From Macrostomum lignano (taxonomy: Eukaryota), in the NCBI GenBank assembly GCA_002269645.1, contig NIVC01002843.1, positions 1 through 48,237 on the forward strand: a stretch of 48,237 nucleotides of DNA. Direction: 5' to 3'. This document shows positions 37,957 to 48,237 of this stretch, one piece after another. The position numbers and the translations under genes are program-made. Position 1 is the first letter of the stretch; each line of letters begins with the position of its first letter. The notes below the pieces were generated by a model. That model saw nothing but the letters and a program-made list of their open reading frames with translations, searched no databases and was not told the DNA's origin.

Positions 37957-39117
37957 ATGCTACGGTTTTGCCGCCTCCACCGGATTCAATGTACAGCCGC
38001 AGTACTTCTGCTCACTTTGCTGAGTCTTCTTAGCTTCTTCTTCTGGAGCGAAACAGAAATTGCAGTTAACACTGCAGAATCAAACATCCAACTCCAACCA
38101 CAACGCCATCTCAAGCCAGCAAGCCAAATCAAAGACCGACCTGCGGGACCACCCAGGATCTCCTTCGGCACGAAATACTTCGGCGACAACTCCGGCTGGA
38201 AGGATTACACGACCCGGTGGCGAGAAAACGGTCAGCGGTCTTGCGGATTCGACTGCGACATTGTGCTCGACCCCGCCATTGCGGACGCCGTGCTGTTCCA
38301 CGGCCGAGACCTTCCGTCGAAGCCTCCGAAACTGCAACGAAAATACTGGCAGTACTGGGTGTACATGAACATGGAGTCACCTTTGTCTACCAAGTCGTAC
38401 GGCTATGACGTTTCGTCAGCTCCCGCCTACAGATTCCTGTTCAACTGGACCGCCACCACCATGCTGGAGAGCTCGGTGCACATGCCCTACGGAATGTGGA
38501 GCCTACGCGACAAGCCGGTCGAGGGTCCGTTCTACTCGCCTCAGAAGAAGCGCTACATGGCGTACATCGCATTCTCGAACTGCAAGTACTCCTACAATGG
38601 GCGCGCCGAAAAGATTGCGGAGCTCAAACGCTACATCGATGTCCACGTGTATGGGAAATGCGGCGACAGGGCACTCCCGAAGGACTGGAATGTGTGGCGA
38701 AAGATCTCAGAAGAGTACCGCTTCTACCTGAGCTTCGAGAACGCTTTTTGTCGCGACTACATCACGGAGAAGTTTCACAACAACGGGCTGGACTCGCAGG
38801 CAGTGCCAGTAGCCTTCGGCGGCCTGTCTCGCTCGGACTACGAGCGGGTGAGTCCTCCGGGCTCGTTCGTGTATGCGCTGGACTTTCCGAGCATGCGGCA
38901 ACTGGCCGAACACTTGAAGCAGCTGGCTGCTGATGAAGCGCAGTACGCCAGCTACCACGAGTGGAAGAAGCGCTACGAGATTTCGCCTCGGTCTGACCTG
39001 CTTTGCGGCACCTGCGCCCGGCTGCACAAGGACCGCTCGGTTGGCGTGTTCGACCTGAGCCGCTTCTACGACATCAAACGCAACTGCCGCCCTTCCTACT
39101 ACAAGTACCTAGTCTGA
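37957..39117 (+). CDS. Alpha-1,3-fucosyltransferase (glycosyltransferase family 10), intronless coding region
   Basis: Type II membrane anchor (AAVLLLTLLSLLSFFFW) after ATG 37957; an upstream in-frame ATG lies at 37885. GT10 motifs ADAVLFH, WVYMNMESP, FNWT, MPYG, SNC, YRFYLSFENAFCRDYITEKF, VPVAFGG, DYERVSPPGSF and YASYHEWK. Confidence 0.93.
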   Translation: MLRFCRLHRIQCTAAVLLLTLLSLLSFFFWSETEIAVNTAESNIQLQPQRHLKPASQIKDRPAGPPRISFGTKYFGDNSGWKDYTTRWRENGQRSCGFDCDIVLDPAIADAVLFHGRDLPSKPPKLQRKYWQYWVYMNMESPLSTKSYGYDVSSAPAYRFLFNWTATTMLESSVHMPYGMWSLRDKPVEGPFYSPQKKRYMAYIAFSNCKYSYNGRAEKIAELKRYIDVHVYGKCGDRALPKDWNVWRKISEEYRFYLSFENAFCRDYITEKFHNNGLDSQAVPVAFGGLSRSDYERVSPPGSFVYALDFPSMRQLAEHLKQLAADEAQYASYHEWKKRYEISPRSDLLCGTCARLHKDRSVGVFDLSRFYDIKRNCRPSYYKYLV

Positions 39118-40035
39118 GATAACGAGTTTGCTTAAGGCAACGCTTTGTACTCTCGTTAATGCCACGACTTCTACTGCAATGCAATCCAATCAATGCAAAT
39201 GCAATCCTGCAATCTTATGTAAGCTTTCCTAAGTTCAGAAAAGGAACCATTTTATTTGATTAGTGGTGGAAGCTTTGGACCAAGAGCTATCGCGTACCCA
39301 GATTTAAAATGATGCCTGGGTCAGGCAATCCTCTTCTGAAGCCGCATCCGCAGTCATTTATCCATTCGCGGTGCGGTTCTGGAATTCAGCTACGAGCTAA
39401 TCACCAAACATGGAAAACTATTGTCCTGATTTCTTTTCAGTCATGTACATATTTAAATCAGGGCTGCTTGCTGTATGTATTTTTCTGTTTCGCATCCTCA
39501 GAATCAGCGGTAGTTTTACATTCCGATCTGGGAGCAGTCAGTAACTTTTGACCGCTTAAATATAGTAAAAGTTGTTGAATTTTTATTGCGCAACATGATT
39601 GCATATCACAGTTTTTTGCAGTTGTACTTTGTTTTACTAGTTTTGAAAGTGAGTTGTTGCACACAAGTGAATAAATTTTTTTATAAAACAAGTGGTTTAT
39701 CGCACTACAAGCGAGTGAAACCTTAAGTTTCCAATTTAAAGGCAAAAAAATTTTCCTGTATCGATATAGCGTAAATAAAACTTTCTGCTCTAAGCGTTTT
39801 ACCCGACTGCGTTCGTATGAGCATCGTCGGGTATTTTTGAGCAACAAGGCAAACAAACCAGTGGATTGGCTCTCCAGCCAACAGCCGGGCTACACGCACT
39901 GGCTGAAGCTGCAGCAACCAGGATCGAAGCAAACGCACATTCTGGACTCCAACGAACTCAACACCAAGGATTCGTGCACTTGCGGGACAGTGCCGAACCA
40001 CTGATATACAGGTACAGCCTTGCTGTAGGCTAGCG

Positions 40036-40620
40036 GTCCTTGGTCCGTGCCGAAGACCACTAGACTTGGCTGCATACTAGTAGTCCTTGGTCCGTGCCGA
40101 AGACCACTAGACTTGGCTATATACTAGTAGTCCTTGGTCCGTGCCGAAGACCACTAGACTTGGCTATATACTAGTAGTCCTTGGTCCGTGCCGAAGACCA
40201 CTAGACTTGGCTGTATACTAGTAGTCCTTGGTCCGTGCCGAAGACCACTAGACTTGGCTATATACTAGTAGTCCTTGGTCTGTGCCAAATACCACTAGAC
40301 TAGGCTATATACTAGTAGTCCTTGGTCCGTGCCAAAGACTACTAGACTTGGCTATATAGCTAGTAGTCCTTGGTCCGTGCCAAATACCACTAGACTTGGC
40401 TATATACTAGTAGTCCTTGGTCTGTGCCAAAGACTACTAGACTTGGCTGTATGTATACTAGTAGTCCTTGGTCCGGGCCAAAGACTAATAGACTTGGCTG
40501 TATGTATACTAGTAGTCCTTGGTCCGTGCCAAAGACTACTAGACTTGGCTATATACTGATTCAAATACTATAAATTAGACTTGGCTATATACTAGTAGTC
40601 CTTGGTACGTGTCAAAAGAC
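40036..40620. repeat. 47-bp minisatellite x~12
   Basis: Unit GTCCTTGGTCCGTGCCGAAGACCACTAGACTTGGCTATATACTAGTA, degenerating toward the 3' end. Confidence 0.93.
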
Positions 40621-42028
40621 TATTAAGACTTGCTGTATGTCAGTGGTCCTTGTCCGTGTCTTTTCCGCTTGTTCGCTCATATTGAGGCTTGAGGCCTGTA
40701 TGTAAATTTATATATCTGACTTGCTTATAAGATAAATAGCGTACAACACTAGAAAATATTGTAATGCATAAAGATTGTACCAGGTAGCACTTCAATATTG
40801 AGAATTTTGTTCCTTTGTCAATTTTTAACCCACAAGAACGAAAATAAAATTATTTTACTACATTAATATTATGACTGTGCTAATACTGATATTATTACTG
40901 AAAAGGAGTGCAAAGGGCTTACAATCACAGCAGTTAGTCAATGAAAATTGTGTCGTGGCCTGCAGCCGTTTCACTGGCAGTCTTCTCGCTGAAAATGGCA
41001 TGTCTTAGCCTCATTAAGCCGAGTTTCTCCTTGGGCTGAGATACAATCCTAGAGCAAATATGAAGGCAGCATAATGCGGTGTTTTTATCAAAGATCAGGT
41101 GCGGCATTTCCTGGAAAATTCTATTCTTGCTTGAGGCCTGCGAGGTCCTAAAATCTGAAGCCACTGAAGCCGCTAAGCTATTTCGATGTCAGAGAGGCTT
41201 GGTACAGCTGTTAATGTTCATTGGTTTAAAGAAGCAGATCGCCAGAACCTCTTAACTGCGAAAACGACAACCAAGGACGAGAAAGACGGTTTTTATCAAT
41301 ATTATGTTGACCTGTTAGTCGCTTGAGTATTCTATGGTGCTGCACATTTTCGCAACCTTTGTTGGAACCTCACTGCCCCATCTCTCCCAAAAACCATGAC
41401 TATCATTTAGCTTTTTGGCTACGCGCTAAAATCCGGATCTCTTCAATTTGGTTGAAGTCTCACAGTTTCGGCAGAGCGGAGCGGCAATTATTGCCAGTGC
41501 AGCAATCAGCTCTCCAGCTCCCCGCAAAAGCCTCAGCGGGAAAATGCAAATCGCAACTGTTGTTGCTTCCGAGAAGTACAAACGGACAGAATTTGACCTA
41601 GTCCGTTCGAACTCGACCCCCCCTAGTTCAGCTGTGGAAGAGTGGAGTTCGCACAGGACTCATCCTATCGCTATCGCGCGATTCTCACAGATCCTCATCT
41701 CTTATTTATTGCCAGCAGTCTCCACACTGAGCTCAGCGGTTCCAGTGGAGCGTTGCGGAGTCGAAACTGTTTCGTCCGCACACAGTTGCTGCTAGAAATC
41801 CCGATACCGGTGAGTTTTTTCAAGATCGGTCAAACACGAGAGTATTGCAGTTACAGTGTATATGTATTTAGTCTGAATTCTCAGTCAAACTCAGAACCCT
41901 TAGGACTCCAGAAACGTCATGAGACGTCATCGCAAGGCTTTACCAGGGTACCGCACGAGTTCACATCTTCCTTGAGTTTGTGTGAACCTCCACTACCAGT
42001 AGCCCTTTCGTTAGATTTTTCAAGCATG

Positions 42029-42347
42029 GAGTAGTTGTAACCTAGTGGTTAGAGCGTCGGACTCACGACTTGAAGGTTGGGGGTTCGATTCCCGATCCCA
42101 CTGGAACAGTTCGTGTCCTTGAGCAAGGCACTTATCTCTGCATTGCTTCAGTTTACCCAGCTGTAAAATTGGTGCCAGCATTAGCTGGGGTAATTGAGGG
42201 TGTGTGTGGCGACCCCCCCAGTCCTTGGACTGAATAGCCGCACGCAACCTTCAGATGCGCCGCGCAATAGCTGCGGCTGAGCTGTCGGTTGCACAGCTGG
42301 CCCAACTGGAGCAGGTGTAATCAATTATTATTTATTATTATTATTCT
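42029..42347 (+). mobile_element. tRNA-derived SINE with MIR/CORE-like domain, copy 2
   Basis: A-box-like TAACCTAGTGG, B-box GGTTCGATTCC (42082-42092), body shared with 13556-13830, and a (TTA)n tail at 42322-42347. Confidence 0.87.
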
Positions 42348-42435
42348 TATGATCAAGCATGAATAATAATTGTGAAGATTGGGCGTAATCTACATACACA
42401 GTAAGCGGGTGACGCCAGGGTGTACAGTAGCGCCA

Positions 42436-45400
42436 ATGACTTGCTGTCTAAATTCCCAGGAAGTCCCAGACACAGTCGGCAGCACAAAGTCCCCAATGAC
42501 CAGACTCAACTTCGTGAAGGAGGCAGGCGGCCTTTATGGGCAAAACTTGGCCAACGGGCTGACCTTCGGGATAACAGCGCTGCACAACTGGGCCACCGGC
42601 TGCCCCTGGCGCCTCGACAGCATCGGCTTCACCGTCCCGTTCGCCATATTCAACGTGGCCGCCTTTGTCGCCCTGCTGCCGTTCGCCTTCGACTGCTGCC
42701 GCCGTGGCTGCGGACGCCAGCAGCGTCGCCAAGCGCTGGTCGGCGTGTTCGCCGCGCTGTCCATCGTAGGCGCCCTGATGTCGCTCTCTGGCTTCTGCCT
42801 GTTCCTCAAGATAGCTGAGATGAAGCAGAGTTCATCAAGCGCGGCGGGGCCTGCAGAGACAGCCAGAGCAGCGCGAACCTGCCCGGCTCTCTGTACACGG
42901 CCAGCTCCGCCTACTCGGTCTTCCTGCTGATCGCGGCGAGCGTCACCTGTTGCACCAAGCGGCGGCCGCTTCGCTTTCTGGCCACGGACGAGGCGCCCGT
43001 GTCCATGTGAGGCTTGAGCAATTTTCTCCAAGTTCCTTGAAATGATTTGATGGCCTGGCGCAGACCCGTCTGTACCAACCAATCGTCCCTCAGATTCCTG
43101 GCGCAGACCCGTCCGTACCAACCAATCGTCCCTCAGATTCCCTGGCGCAGACCCGTCTGTACCAATCAATTGTCCCTCAGATTCCCTGGTGCAGACCGTC
43201 TGTACCAACCAATTGTCCCTCAGATTCCCTGGCGCAGACCCGTCTGTACCAACCAATTGTCCCTCAGATTCCCTAGCGCAGACCCGTCTGTACCAACCAA
43301 TTGTCCCTCAGATTCCCTAGCGCAGACCCGTCTGTACCAACCAATTGTCCCTCAGATTCCCCAAGAACAGAAAGCCCAGCAAGTCGGTGCTCGGTGGCAT
43401 TCTCTCACTCACGGGTCTCGTCACCGCCTGCATCTGCGCCGCCTTCTTGGCCTTTGACTGCCCGGACTGGCGGCTCGGCTTCACCTGCTGCCTGGCCATC
43501 GGCTGCTTTTTCATCGTCTGCGGCTTCGTGGCTCTGCCGTTTTGCAAGAAAGACTTTCACTCTTCCGCCAGCTACCCGCCGCTGTTTGTCGCCTGCCTGA
43601 CCCTGGCGGCCGTTTGCCACTGCCTGTCCTGGGGCGGCGCTGCTGTCGCTTTTGTCAGCTACGGCGGCAGCTCAGGCCAAGTGGGAGTTGGCGACAGCGC
43701 CAAGATGTGGATGGCCGTCCATCACAGCCGCAACTTCACGCTGCAGAACTACGAAGACGTGTGCAACGGCGGCAGCACCTACCTCGCCATCGTGTCAGTT
43801 CTGCAGGTCCTGCTCTCCGCTGCCTACCTGATCGCTCTGGCCGTTCTGTACTACCAATTCGAGAGACTTCCGGTGAGCAGGTCAACTGATGAAGCCGAGG
43901 CGGCAGTAGCGTCCGAAGATGCGGAGGCGGCTGAGGAAAGGTGAGCAATTATTAAGAGTATCAAAGTGCTTGAATATTGAAAATGCTGAAGTATTGCAGG
44001 ACCCAGTCAGCATGAATCTGTAGCTGAACCCATTTCCCGAATACATGGAGCACAAGAAATATGCGGCAAAATCTCTCGCAACTGGCCTAAAAGAAAGCCA
44101 ACTTTCCGACTTTATTCAAGCCCTATTGCGACTTTATACAAGTTTGCAATAGTCGCTCATATATACATGTAAATTGATACTAGTGGCTCATATATATATT
44201 TACTTTTATACTAGTGGCTCATATATTACATACTAGTGGCTCATATATACATACTAGCGGCTTCTGCCTCAGTCCCACTACTAGAGAACTTCTCTGCGAA
44301 ACCGAGGCTGGTCCATCGCCCGATTCACTGCAGATCCCATACTAGAGCCGCTCAGCCATCTCTCTGGCCCAGCGAGCCAGAATTCGTTTCCGAAACATAT
44401 CAGGGATGGCCCGAGAAGCGCATCAATCAAACAGAGTCAAAACCCGCCGCTAAGCTAATCCATCCGCCCGGCTTGCTGAAAGCTGGCTGTTGAAACTCTA
44501 TTTTTAAAAGAATTTTTAAACGAGAGTACATGCGAGCTCATATTACTGCTATTGGGATAATATACGTATATAATGGGGACCCAAAATGCAACATAAATTC
44601 ATGTGCACTCAAATTCATGTGCACTCAAATTCATGTGTGCTCAAATTCATGTGCACTCAAATTCATGTGCACTCAAATGCATGTGCGCTCAAATTCATGT
44701 GCACTCAAATTCATGTGCACTCAAATTCATGTGCACTCAAATTCATGTGCACTCAAATTCATGTGCACTCAAATGCATGTGCGCTCAAATTCATGTGCAC
44801 TCAAATTCATGTGCACTCAAATGCATGTGCGCTCAAATTCATGTGCACTCAAATTCATGTGTGTAGTGCGCTTGTGTAGGTGCAGAAGTTAGGCTCTCAT
44901 GGCCGTATATTTAAGCATTATATATACTAGTGAGCACAACGAGCTAGTGAGCACAACGTGCCACTGTTGCGTAATAGTGCGAGGGCGTACACGCACGTGG
45001 GGGAAGGCTAAAGTGAGAGAGCGAAGGAGAGACCCGCAATAGCAGTGCACTACATCTCTCCCCCAACCAAAAAAGTACAAAGCCTTAGAATTAGGAAGTA
45101 GAAATTAGATAACTTCGCAGGTTAAGCATAACCAAACTTAAACATTTGATACATTTAAGTAAATTTATGTAATTTGCGCATATGTAATTTGTTCAATTAA
45201 TAGAGCCCGGCTGTGCTGCTGTGGCATTGTGTCCCGCTGACGTGTTGCTGCTCAGCCGGTGGACTTCCAATAGCCAATCGCACAGCTTCGGTTACTTGCT
45301 GGCGCAGCGCCGATTGAAATTAGCGGCGCGCGCGTCTGGTCACCAGCTTCCAGTCGCGCTCTGACGACTGCTGAACGTCTCCTGCTGTGTCTGCCATCCG

Positions 45401-47980
45401 CTGTTGGCCGGCTGGGAGTGTCTCGCGCGCGTCACCGCCTCCGATGTTCTGGTGCAGGCGTCGCCTTGACAGAGCCGCCTGCGCCTGCCGGACCATGCCG
45501 GGCCACCAGACCTCCTTCCGCAGCCGGTCGATGGCCTTTCTCCTGCCGAATTGACCCTGGTGGGCCCAACTGATGGTCTGCTGCTGAAGCGCTGCGGGTA
45601 CAACGATCCGCCCCTGAGCAGCATGCCGTCCCGCACCAGAAGCTCTCGCTTGAGCGAGTGGAAGCTGCTCGCCTGGGCTGTAGCGCCGAAGCGCCAGTTG
45701 CCAGTCGCCAGCGCCTGCATGACGAAGTTCAGAGCCGGGTCCCGAGCAGTGGCCTCGCGATGCTGTTGTTGGTCGGGCCTTCCAATGCGAACTCGCCGGT
45801 GCTGAGCTGCTGCAGCGATACTCTGTCGTGGGCTGGTTGCTCGTCATTAAGAGCATCGGTCAGACTTGTAGCCTCTCTGGCCGGTGCCCGGGCCTGCGTC
45901 TCCAGACTCAGCAGCTGCAGGGATGTAGAGGTTGCACGGCCGAGCACACTGATGCCGCTACCGGGGACGATGATGAAGCTGGCCAGCTGAACCCTCGGGC
46001 CAACTGAGACTCGCAGGCTGCAGACTCCCCGAGTGCGCAGAGGTTTTGCTGAGCGATATGGGAAGATCCTCTTTGTCGTCGGCTGCAGGCCTGGGGGCCC
46101 CGGGAGCTTCCGCCAGGCTGCCTCGGTGAGGATGTTACAGTCGGCTCCGCTGTCCACCAGCACCTGCACTGGAGTCGCTTCTACCAGCACGGTAGCCAGA
46201 GCCGCTGTCGCGCTCGTGTCAGAGGCCATCACGGTAAGGCAGAAGACGTCGTCCTCTTCACCTAAACTGTCGCTGCGACTCGCAGAGCTCGCACGTCCTC
46301 TGGCCTGGACAAGCAGGCCTTGGCGAGGTGATTCGGCTTGCCGCATCGGTTGCAGGTCTTGCCTACCGCTGCGCTGCAGCTGCGGTGGCCGAAGTTGCCG
46401 CAGCGAATGCACTTTGGCTGCTTGCGATCGGCTGTCTGTGTGGCTGATTCCTGCGGCTGCTCTGGCGGGCTGGACTCGCGCTTGCGCAGCCGCTGCACGG
46501 TCGCTGCGCTGGTCTCTATGAGGCTGGCCTGCGACTCCGCTGCCTCCATGGCCCTGGCCACCCGAAGCGCCTGCTCCAGGTCGACGTTGTCGATCGCTAG
46601 CAGCTTGCGGCGAAGCTGCTCTGAACTGCAGCCGGCGATCACCTGGTCACGGATCAGGGAGTCTCTGAGGCCCTCGAAGCCGCAGCAGTCGGCAGCATCT
46701 TTGAGGCGCTGGAGCCATTCGTCGATGGGCTCGCCAGACCGCTGCGTGCACAACCTGAACTGATAGCGGTGAACGGGAGATTCCGCTTGCTGTCGAAGTG
46801 GTCGTTAAGCGCGGCTACGAGTGTTTCAACGTCTTTGCCTGCTGCCTCTTTGTCGCCAGACCGGCACAATCGTCTGCAAGTCCTCTCCGGCTGTATACAG
46901 CAAAAGCTGGCGAAGCCGCTTTTTGTCTTCGATGTTTGCAGCCACAGCAAAAAGTTCAAATTGTGCGTACCACTTTTTCCATTTGGTCTGAGCCGTGTTG
47001 GGGTCTGTTCGCAGGTCCAAGCGCGCTGGGCTTGGTAAGTTTAGCTGCGACGCCATTGTAGTGCGCTTGTGTAGGTGCAGAAGTTAGGCTCTCATGGCCG
47101 TATATTTAAGCATTATATATACTAGTGAGCACAACGAGCTAGTGAGCACAACGTGCCACTGTTGCGTAATAGTGCGAGGGCGTACACGCACGTGGGGGAA
47201 GGCTAAAGTGAGAGAGCGAAGGAGAGACCCGCAATAGCAGTGCACTACAATGTGCACTCAAATTCATGTGCACTCAAATTCATGTGCACTCAAATTCATG
47301 TGCACTCAAATTCATGTGCACGCACTCAAATTCATATACACTCCCGCGCTTTTCAGTCAGAGGCGAATGCGCCGCCGCCCACAGACCCCGAGCTTGGCGC
47401 GAGGTCCATCGGCGCCAGCGGGCTCTGCCTGGCGCTCTCGGGCAGCGCCGGAGTCGTCGCAAGTGCCGCCTACCTCTGCCTCAGCTGTCCTTGGCAGCTG
47501 GGCGGCCTGGTCAGCAGCTTGGTGCTCGCCTCATCCTTGTCGCAGCCGGAGCTCCGCGTGCGCACCTGCTTCAACGACGGCACTTTGCCAGGTCTGGCAG
47601 CCTCATTCCCCGCCATCATCGGGCTGACTGCCGTCTGCATCTGCGTGTCGCTTTGCCAGCTGGTGTTCATGGTGACCGAGCTGGGGTCATCAAGTCCAGA
47701 AAGTGGGCCCAGCAGCTCCAGGGGGAGCAGTCGGTCCTGCTGTTTTATGCCGAGGTTCCGCCTCAAAGGAATGAAGAAATCTGCGAAACTCGGTCGCTGT
47801 TTCTCATAGTTTATGGCGTTGGGACATTTGGCCTGTGTGTTGTGCACCTTATTCTGGCCTCCTACTGCTATCACTTCTTCAAGAAGCAGCGGGGTCTGGC
47901 TGTCACTGCTGATGCTGTCTCTTCTGAGGCTCAGGAGACACCTGGAGCTACGGCCGAGGCGGTAGCAGCTGGCAGGCACG
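42436..47980 (+). CDS. Uncharacterised polytopic membrane protein made of three exon-encoded four-TM modules (partial model)
   Basis: Exon A ~42436/42496-43006 (donor AT|GTGAGG), exon B 43356-43940 (acceptor CCTCAG|A, donor AG|GTGAGC) and exon C ~47357-47980 (possible donor CACG|GTGAGG). The A-B junction is in frame (phase 2). Each module has four hydrophobic segments, CP(D)W(R/Q)L after TM1 and a Cys before TM4. Exons A and C need 1-nt frame corrections. Confidence 0.62.
43055..43361. repeat. 44-bp minisatellite x7, each unit containing the exon B splice acceptor motif
   Basis: Unit CCTGGCGCAGACCCGTCTGTACCAACCAATTGTCCCTCAGATTC; the last copy supplies the acceptor at 43354-43355. Confidence 0.92.
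44590..44861. repeat. 16-bp minisatellite (ATGTGCACTCAAATTC), left part
   Basis: Tandem array interrupted by the LTR element and resuming at 47250. Confidence 0.94.
44862..47249 (-). mobile_element. Internally deleted Ty3/gypsy LTR retrotransposon (Mag-like gag), 2388 bp
   Basis: Identical 193-bp LTRs (44862-45054, 47057-47249) with TGTAGTGC...GCACTACA ends and a 5-bp TSD ATGTG (44857-44861, 47250-47254). PBS TGGCGTCGC next to the 5' LTR and polypurine tract at 45055-45068. Frameshifted gag (KWKKWYAQFELF, LIRDQVIAG, CNRCGKPNHLAKAC), protease (VLVDSGAD) and integrase zinc-finger region (RIVVP...WAHQGQFG...WWPGM). No RT or RNase H. Confidence 0.95.
47250..47335. repeat. 16-bp minisatellite (ATGTGCACTCAAATTC), right part
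   Basis: Continuation of the 44590-44861 array after the LTR insertion. Confidence 0.92.
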
Positions 47981-48034
47981 GTGAGGCGGACAATGAGTCA
48001 GAAGACAAAATACGCCAGATCAATTCAGGGAGCG

Positions 48035-48237
48035 AAGATGGAGTCAGCGGACAAGACGACGCCAGCCAATCAGGAGGATGATGAGTCAGCGGACAAGACG
48101 ACGCCAGCCATCAGGATGATGAGTCAGCGACAAGAACGACGCCAGCCAATCAGGAGGATGATGGTCAGCGGACAAGACGACGCCAGCCAATCAGGAGGAT
48201 GATGAGTCAGCGGACAAGACACGCCAGCCAATCAGGA
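48035..48237. repeat. ~41-bp tandem repeat (GATGAGTCAGCGGACAAGACGACGCCAGCCAATCAGGAGGAT), runs off the window end
   Basis: About 5 variant units. Confidence 0.9.

Overview
Animal (eukaryotic) genomic DNA with spliceosomal introns, GC-rich exons and minisatellite-filled introns. The style suggests a free-living flatworm such as Macrostomum, which is an inference only. I assembled five genes by hand. (1) A nephrin/Kirre/sidestep-like immunoglobulin-superfamily gene on the minus strand that runs off the left edge. (2) A two-exon TOM1-like gene with a GAT domain but no visible VHS domain. (3) A complete 16-exon TBC1D32/BROMI ciliary gene, about 1342 aa, with one probable GC-AG intron. (4) An intronless GT10 alpha-1,3-fucosyltransferase. 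(5) An unrecognised gene built from three exon-sized four-transmembrane modules. Mobile DNA comprises a 1.57-kb foldback element with ~625-bp arms, a DD34D mariner with two nonsense codons, a frameshifted LOA/R1-type LINE cut off by a 2.1-kb satellite, an internally deleted Ty3/gypsy element with identical LTRs and a 5-bp TSD, tRNA-derived SINEs (two with a MIR/CORE-like domain) and a small MITE-like element. About 20 tandem arrays account for most of the long ORFs in the supplied track, which are artefacts. Several apparent frameshifts in otherwise intact exons may be assembly indels. Family assignments rest on motifs recalled from memory, not on database searches.
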